Assembly: GCA_037443035.1 (NCBI GenBank)
Contig: JBBIPC010000004.1
Location: 121,602-185,601 of the forward strand
Direction of reading: 5' to 3'
Source of the DNA: Chthonomonadales bacterium
GTDB taxonomy: Bacteria > Armatimonadota > Chthonomonadetes > Chthonomonadales > CAJBBX01
Length of the DNA: 64,000 nt
Notes under the pieces: model-generated
The model's database searches: none
What the model was told of the DNA's origin: nothing
Seen by the model: only the letters and a program-made list of their open reading frames with translations
Position numbers and translations under genes: made by a program
Part shown: piece by piece, positions 58,372 to 64,000 of the stretch
Numbering within the stretch: the first letter of the stretch is position 1
Layout of the letters: every line of letters begins with the position of its first letter

Positions 58372-60237
58372 CTAGAAGACGTGCCCGATACTGAAGTGTG
58401 TTCGCGCCCCCTCGCGTCCGAAACCTTGGTCGATCCGAATCGGACCGATGGGCGTCGTCACGCGGAGACCAAGGCCGAACCCAACCGAAGGGCTGAAGCC
58501 TGCGTGCTGCACGAAGTTGGCGAACGTCACTGCGGAGTATGGTCCGCCCCACGCATCGCCCACATCCACGAACAGCACACCCGTCAGCGCCTGAGCCAGG
58601 GGCGCTCGCAGTTCCACGGATGCCAGGAACATGTTCTTGCCCCAGAAGCGATCCTCGTTGTAGCCACGGAGTGTTTCGGCGCCGCCCATAAAGTACTGTT
58701 CGAAGAATGGGACTGTTCCCCCCGTCATGCCCAGCGACAGTCGCGTTGCCACAGTCGTCACCCGGTCGGTAGCCTTCTTGCGACGTCCACGAACTGTGAA
58801 GTACCTGCGTGCATCCACCTGCACCTTCTGGAAGGTCACAGATCCTTCCACTACAGGAGCGGTACCCGTTGAACCGAGAACCGGCTTGAGGTCGGCCTGG
58901 CCGATATCCACACTGTAAAGCTCGTATCCGCCCGACGACGGGTCGAGATTGACGTCCCGAGTGTTGTGCGTGAGCCGAACGCTCGCGACGCCGATGGGTC
59001 CTTTCTGCAGGGCCGCAGCGTCGTTCGGATTGAGGTTCAGCGAGGGTAGGTTCACGTTGTCGTACCGCAGCCCAACCGACCCGCGATAGCTCTCCCCGAA
59101 TGGTCGGCTCAGCGTGACCTGGCCGCCCGTGTGCATCTCGTAGTAGTCGTTACTCGTCTCGTCCACAGTGCCTGTCGTGCTGTAGATCCGTTGCGCGAAC
59201 CTGTACACCGTCTTGTCGTAGGCACTGACAGACAGCGACGTGTTCTTCGAATCGAGCCATGGCTCTGTGAAGCCGACTTCCACGCTGTTCCGATTCGCGA
59301 AGCCACCAGTATCCCACCGAAGGCTGATGGCCTGGCCGCGGCCCTGGAAGTTGCTCTCGACGATCTCGGCGCCACCCACCAGGCTGTTGCGACTGCTGTA
59401 GCCAATAAACACCGAGGCATTCCCCGTACGCTTCTCCTCGATGTTCAGCGTGATATCCACAAGCCCCGGCGACTTCGGGATGATCGCGGGAGAGATGTCA
59501 GCGAACAGGTCTGTGTTGATGATCCGGTAGTAGTCTCGCGTGAACACCTCCGAGTTGTAGTACTCGCCTTTCTTGAGTTTCATTTCCCGGGTCACTACGT
59601 ACGGCCGTGTCTTCTTCAAGCCGGTGATCTTCACCTCATCCACCTTGGCCACAATGATGGGGATCTCGAGGATGCCGTTGGGCATGCTCACATCGCTGGA
59701 CACGATGGCCATGTACCCTTTCGACCGGTAATACTCCTGAATGGTGGTGGCATCCGTGCGTAGGATGCCCATATTCAGGACGAGACCTTCCTTCGTCTTC
59801 ATGAGGTCTCTGATGACCTTCGCCGGAATGGGGCCGGAGCCTGTGATGCTGATACCTTTGACGAGGTCGTTTTCTTCCACCTCGATGGTCACCTGCGCAC
59901 CGCTACTGTCAGCCGCGGCGACGATGCGCACTGCTTCGTCGGGATCATCAACGCGGTTCGCCCCGAAAAGCTGCGTCTGGAGAAGCCGCTGCTTTGCACG
60001 ATCGAGCGCTTGTTGGTTGATCGGATCCCCAACCTTGAGACCGGAGGCGCTGATGATAGCCTCACTGCTCAGGTTCTTGTTACCCTTGACCACGATGGAC
60101 CTAATGATCGGCTCCGGTGTCTGCCCCATCACTGCCGCTGGTAGAGTGACACCAGCAACCACCATGACACCAGCGACCACCGCCGTGCCAACTGCTACGA
60201 TGAGCTTCAAGCGGTTCTCTCCTTCCCGGGTAGTCAT
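58372..60237 (-). CDS. bamA: Omp85/BamA outer-membrane protein assembly factor (about 3 POTRA domains)
   Basis: POTRA repeats (I.V.GN, I.ITG), EE...G, N..GRGQ, TEPW, GG...LRGY, G.GLR..TPIGPIR.D, terminal FSIGHVF. Confidence 0.92.
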   Translation of the reverse strand: MTTREGENRLKLIVAVGTAVVAGVMVVAGVTLPAAVMGQTPEPIIRSIVVKGNKNLSSEAIISASGLKVGDPINQQALDRAKQRLLQTQLFGANRVDDPDEAVRIVAAADSSGAQVTIEVEENDLVKGISITGSGPIPAKVIRDLMKTKEGLVLNMGILRTDATTIQEYYRSKGYMAIVSSDVSMPNGILEIPIIVAKVDEVKITGLKKTRPYVVTREMKLKKGEYYNSEVFTRDYYRIINTDLFADISPAIIPKSPGLVDITLNIEEKRTGNASVFIGYSSRNSLVGGAEIVESNFQGRGQAISLRWDTGGFANRNSVEVGFTEPWLDSKNTSLSVSAYDKTVYRFAQRIYSTTGTVDETSNDYYEMHTGGQVTLSRPFGESYRGSVGLRYDNVNLPSLNLNPNDAAALQKGPIGVASVRLTHNTRDVNLDPSSGGYELYSVDIGQADLKPVLGSTGTAPVVEGSVTFQKVQVDARRYFTVRGRRKKATDRVTTVATRLSLGMTGGTVPFFEQYFMGGAETLRGYNEDRFWGKNMFLASVELRAPLAQALTGVLFVDVGDAWGGPYSAVTFANFVQHAGFSPSVGFGLGLRVTTPIGPIRIDQGFGREGARTHFSIGHVF

Positions 60238-60839
60238 TCTTCCGTTTCGTCTTCCCTGCGATGCGCGCCGAGGTAATACGCCCCCAGACGTTGCCGGAGC
60301 ATCGCCCGCGCTCTGGATAGGCGCGTCTTGACGTTGTCCAGCGATATACCTGTCGCGTCGGCTATTTCATTATAGGATAGTCCCTGCAATTCCCGTAACA
60401 CCACCACTTCGCGGTAGTCTGGCGGGAGGGACTCGATGGCAGCCATGATTCTCGCCTGCAACTCCTTGCGTTCCAGCACAGTATGTGGGGACTGGCTCTC
60501 GTCCGCTATCTCCATGGTATCCACGCTACCGGTACCGGTATCCGCCCTCGCCGGCTCGTCCAGGGATATAGTTCGCGCGTCTGTCCGTCTGCGACGGCGA
60601 AGGCGGTTTCGGCTGTGGTTGAGTGCGATTTGGTAGAGCCACGTGTAGACAGACGATTCCCCACGAAAACGATGGAAGTGCCGGTAGGCGCTGATGAAAG
60701 CCTCCTGCGTCACGTCGGCGGCCTCTTCGTAGTTGCCGAGGATCCGATACACGACGTTGAAGATCGGCTTCTCGTACCTAGCGACGACCTCATCGAAGCT
60801 GCTGAACTCCTCGCCTCTCGCAGGCGGCCGGTCATCCAT
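60234..60839 (-). CDS. ECF RNA polymerase sigma factor (RpoE/SigW-like)
   Basis: A.DVTQEAF, FRGESS.YTWLY.IA.N, region 4 LSYNEIA....VKTRLSRAR; ATGA overlap with bamA. Confidence 0.92.
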   Translation of the reverse strand: MDDRPPARGEEFSSFDEVVARYEKPIFNVVYRILGNYEEAADVTQEAFISAYRHFHRFRGESSVYTWLYQIALNHSRNRLRRRRRTDARTISLDEPARADTGTGSVDTMEIADESQSPHTVLERKELQARIMAAIESLPPDYREVVVLRELQGLSYNEIADATGISLDNVKTRLSRARAMLRQRLGAYYLGAHRREDETEE

Positions 60840-60946
60840 GAGCCGTCATCCGTACTGCGCGCCACCCGCGCAGCAGCGCATTCCGCAGCTTCATCTCCGG
60901 ACGTCCTGGCCCCACCGCACCTGTCTGCCCGCAGGCAATGCATCAT

Positions 60947-63900
60947 TCAGAAACTATAGACTCCTTCCAGCAGGTACGCGTTCGTCCGCTGGCTATCCAG
61001 ACTGTAGGTGAGCCGGAACGCATTCCGGAGGCGCATCCCTATCCTGAGCTCCCACGCACCGATGTCGCCGACAGTTTCGTGCCCTCCGGCGATGCGCCGC
61101 CAGTACGTTGCCTCGAAGGGTCCGACAAGATTACGGGACACACGGAGGACGAAAGCGCCGCTCGTGCTGTAATCTAGCGCGAACTCCTGCAGACCCAGCG
61201 CACGGCCAAGGCCCATCTCTTCGAACAGATCGGGAAGGAGCGCGCCTCCAAGGTAGTCCACAGCCTGACCCATGAGGATTTGAGCTCCTGCCCCACGTTG
61301 CGAGAACACCGCCTGAATCGCCTCTTGTCCGCCGAGCAACGCAGTCATACGCTGGGCCAGTCCGGACTGACTCAGGGCCAGATCTGGCGGCTCCGTCCGG
61401 TAGGTCAGCCGGAGCCGTCCTTCCGTGATCTCAGCTGGCTCCTCCGGTCTGCCCATCAGCGGTCCCTGCGCCTCTACCGTGACGCGATAGCGCCGGCGCA
61501 CACCTGTCACCGAGGTTGCAGTGACGTTCGCCGTCGCTTTCAAGTTCACCTTGACGTCAAGACCTGTCTCACCCAGTTGTGCGGCCGTCACGGCCGGATA
61601 GCGAATGTCCACCCGCCCGTTCCTAGCTATCATGAAACGTGCTGTTGGAAACGTAAGCTTTCCGCCTTCAATGACGAGGCTTCCAGCCAATCGTGGCGCG
61701 CTCAACGAGCCGCTGAAACGAATAGGCTGGCCACTCGCTGTACTCAGTGACGTAACCATCAGGCTGTTCGTAACGCTGACGTTCGGGCCAACTGCAATCG
61801 CAATATCGAATCGCGGGTCAACGACTCCTTGTCGAGGAGTACTGCTGAACAAGGGATCTGTCGCGGGAAGTCGGAGGGTCGTGTTGCGAAGTGCCACGCT
61901 GCCCGTGATGGTGGGTTCCATGACGGAGCCATCGATCCGAAGCTGAATCCCAGGCTGCCCATTGTCACCTGCGAACTCGCCTCGAATGCGGCCAGTGGCG
62001 AAGCCAGGCAGCGGGCTTTCCTCGAGACGCAGGTTCCTCCCCACGACTTCAAGACCGCCCTTTCGACGTTCCTCGGTGATCAACGGAATGGCGCCTGTTA
62101 CTTCAATGTCTCCTGCGTACAGATCGGGCGCACCAGCGGTAGTGCCGCGCATGACGAGTGTGGCAGCGGGCCGTCCGAGCTGCTGGGACCGAGCTTCCAC
62201 CATGCCATCTGCCACTCGTAAGTCGAGATTCACATCCTTCAGCATCGTGCGTGCGGATCCGAAGCGGATGCGGTCCGCCGTTAGCCGTGCATCGCCGACG
62301 ATCTGAACATCGCCAGGCGACACCGACTCACCAGAAGCGAGTCGTCGTATGGCTCCAACGGATGCTCGCACATCGAGCTTTGCCGATGTCTGTCCCACAA
62401 GTTCGACGTTCGCGTCACCTAGCAGCGAACGGAACGTCTCCAGACCCTGTTGAGGCAGTTCGAGACTGAGCTCCGCAACAACGTCGTCCGGCGGCATAGG
62501 CTGCCGATAGCTGAAGGGCATCTTGGCGCGTGCGTGCAGCTCGAGGGGTCGCACCGGCGCTTGCCCAAGTTGAGGACTGCCCGCAACGGTGATGGCAAGG
62601 TCATCGATGGATATTAGTCCTTCGCGCAGCGTTGCCCCCGAGACACGCGCAGCAGGCACGAAGGCGCCGTTCAGCCCTGCCTTCGCACCGGGCGGCGATG
62701 CCAGACCGATGCCTCGAGCTGCAGCGTAGAAGGTGACCTCCGGCGATTCCGGCGTACCACTAACCTCAGCGCTGATGGTATCCACACGGCCCGTGACGCT
62801 CTTCAGTGGGCTGTCCGGAGGCAGCCACTGGGAGAGTGTGGACAGTGCAACACCATCCGCTGACACTGTGCCGCTGAGGCGCTTTCCGTACTCCAGTTCT
62901 CCGGCAGCCGAGATGGCAAGTTCTCCAGACTGGAGCGACAACGCTTCGACGATGAGCTTGTTGTTGGTCAGATTCATCGAGCCAGACACTTGCTCCAGCG
63001 GCGTATCTCCGATTTGGAACCGCCGTCCGTCCACGCGTACCGTGACGTCGAAGTCCGTCTCTACAGCGTGGGCAGCGACATCCGCCGAGACATTGCCCGT
63101 CACCGGCATGAGTGCTCGGCAGACCCGAGCCAGGGGACCGGAAGGCTCGTTAGCCACCACCGGGCTCTTCTCGATGATGCTCCGGACTTTCTCGAGCGCC
63201 GTTTCCGAGACGCGCGATGAGGCCAGGAATTCCCTCTTACCGGTATCGTAGCGCAGCGATTCGACGGTCACGGTGCTCTTGCCATCAGTTAGCTGTAGGA
63301 CCGGCTCGGAGTTGTCGGAAGGAGCTCCCGTCACGATGCCATCACTCATCGCCAGATGGCAGTATAAGTCGCCGACGCTTTCGCCGTTCACCAGTAGATC
63401 GCGGGCCGAGACCTCACCGCTGCCGTCGAGTTGCCAGCGATTCCCCGATCGGTGGAGGCCGGCCACCTGAATGCTGCCGTGGAGCGTCCCGCTCAGGGAG
63501 CCGTACCTTGCGCAGTACTGACCAAGCGCCCCCAGCGGCAGTCCACGGACATTCAGAGCCGCACTGAACCGGGAGCCCGACGCGTATTCGCCCGTCCCAT
63601 GCAACAACCCATCACCAACCTGGACGTCGAGGCTGTCGCAACGAGCAACCAGTCCCTCTGGCGTGCTTTGGAGACGACCGCCAATCCTGGCGCCCGAGAC
63701 TTCGAGGTCGCCGATCCACAGGCGATTCGAGGCAACAGTTACGTCCTCGCCACGCAAGCGATCGAGGGAACCCTCGACGTAGCCCTCGGCCCTCACCATG
63801 CCAGAAATGTCGTACTCCTGGCCTGCCGCTGCGACGATCTCCTCTGCGGCAAGATTGTCAGCTTGCACTCGGGCCGAGATCCACGGCCTGCCGCTAAGCG

Positions 63901-64000
63901 GTTTCCTCACGAAGCCCTGTACCGTGGCGATGGCCGGAAGTCGCACGAATTCTCCATCTACAGCTAATGACTCGCGGGTGCCGTCTAAGCTAAAGACCGC
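60947..64000 (-). CDS. tamB: TamB/DUF490 (AsmA-like) protein, 5'-truncated by the window edge
   Basis: Frame is open from base 64000. Repetitive beta-taco G..L..P...G pattern; DUF490-like C-terminus ending ...LEGVYSF; sits next to bamA. Confidence 0.85.
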   Translation of the reverse strand, partial: AVFSLDGTRESLAVDGEFVRLPAIATVQGFVRKPLSGRPWISARVQADNLAAEEIVAAAGQEYDISGMVRAEGYVEGSLDRLRGEDVTVASNRLWIGDLEVSGARIGGRLQSTPEGLVARCDSLDVQVGDGLLHGTGEYASGSRFSAALNVRGLPLGALGQYCARYGSLSGTLHGSIQVAGLHRSGNRWQLDGSGEVSARDLLVNGESVGDLYCHLAMSDGIVTGAPSDNSEPVLQLTDGKSTVTVESLRYDTGKREFLASSRVSETALEKVRSIIEKSPVVANEPSGPLARVCRALMPVTGNVSADVAAHAVETDFDVTVRVDGRRFQIGDTPLEQVSGSMNLTNNKLIVEALSLQSGELAISAAGELEYGKRLSGTVSADGVALSTLSQWLPPDSPLKSVTGRVDTISAEVSGTPESPEVTFYAAARGIGLASPPGAKAGLNGAFVPAARVSGATLREGLISIDDLAITVAGSPQLGQAPVRPLELHARAKMPFSYRQPMPPDDVVAELSLELPQQGLETFRSLLGDANVELVGQTSAKLDVRASVGAIRRLASGESVSPGDVQIVGDARLTADRIRFGSARTMLKDVNLDLRVADGMVEARSQQLGRPAATLVMRGTTAGAPDLYAGDIEVTGAIPLITEERRKGGLEVVGRNLRLEESPLPGFATGRIRGEFAGDNGQPGIQLRIDGSVMEPTITGSVALRNTTLRLPATDPLFSSTPRQGVVDPRFDIAIAVGPNVSVTNSLMVTSLSTASGQPIRFSGSLSAPRLAGSLVIEGGKLTFPTARFMIARNGRVDIRYPAVTAAQLGETGLDVKVNLKATANVTATSVTGVRRRYRVTVEAQGPLMGRPEEPAEITEGRLRLTYRTEPPDLALSQSGLAQRMTALLGGQEAIQAVFSQRGAGAQILMGQAVDYLGGALLPDLFEEMGLGRALGLQEFALDYSTSGAFVLRVSRNLVGPFEATYWRRIAGGHETVGDIGAWELRIGMRLRNAFRLTYSLDSQRTNAYLLEGVYSF

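Noticed and set aside
1..64000. CRISPR arrays, tRNA/rRNA genes, IS elements, prophage or defence systems
   Set aside because: By eye, no regularly spaced repeats, tRNA-like intergenic sequences, or transposase, integrase or phage motifs were found; tRNAscan-SE, Infernal and ISEScan would be needed to confirm.

Overview
GC-rich bacterial chromosome segment from a diderm organism. It is most likely Armatimonadota; this is an inference from four prepilin-type DUF1559/H-X9-DG genes with the [32 protein letters not shown] start plus a large outer-membrane (OM) gene cluster. Left to right: (1) hdrA-mvhD-mvhG-mvhA-maturation protease, a group 3c [NiFe]-hydrogenase/HdrA module; (2) P5C dehydrogenase and a Gfo/Idh/MocA oxidoreductase; (3) a minus-strand operon (TPR protein, two M48 proteases, HIT, family-4 UDG, pectate-lyase-fold protein); (4) a tandem array of three pilin-like DUF1559 genes, the first two each followed by a 55-59 aa single-TM ORF missed by the ORF track, then a probable catalytically dead metallophosphoesterase, a LamG-TPR-beta-helix protein and a GxGYxYP protein; (5) a trans-sulfuration enzyme; (6) a cobalamin riboswitch directly ahead of a fourth pilin-like gene and two BtuF-like proteins, with no btuB/C/D; (7) class II aldolase, a SorE-like dehydrogenase with a duplicated Rossmann domain, srlD, radA, nadC, birA; (8) rdgB, DUF1844, Nif3, a GT-C membrane protein, a Tat oxidoreductase, wrbA, an ECF sigma/anti-sigma/Spy trio, a BON-like gene with an ECF-type promoter, and a HEAT protein; (9) a ~19 kb minus-strand OM/lipid A cluster (tamB-ECF sigma-bamA-skp-skp-like-lpxD-lpxC-fabZ-lpxA-lpxB-msbA-DUF374-waaA-lpxK-lpxL-kdsB) that lacks lpxH/I/G. 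No tRNA, rRNA, CRISPR or mobile element was recognised. The best candidate for an undescribed system is pilin-like DUF1559 proteins acting as ligand-specific uptake modules: one is under B12-riboswitch control, and others are paired with tiny membrane proteins beside glycan-active genes. All family calls come from motif recognition by eye, not database searches.
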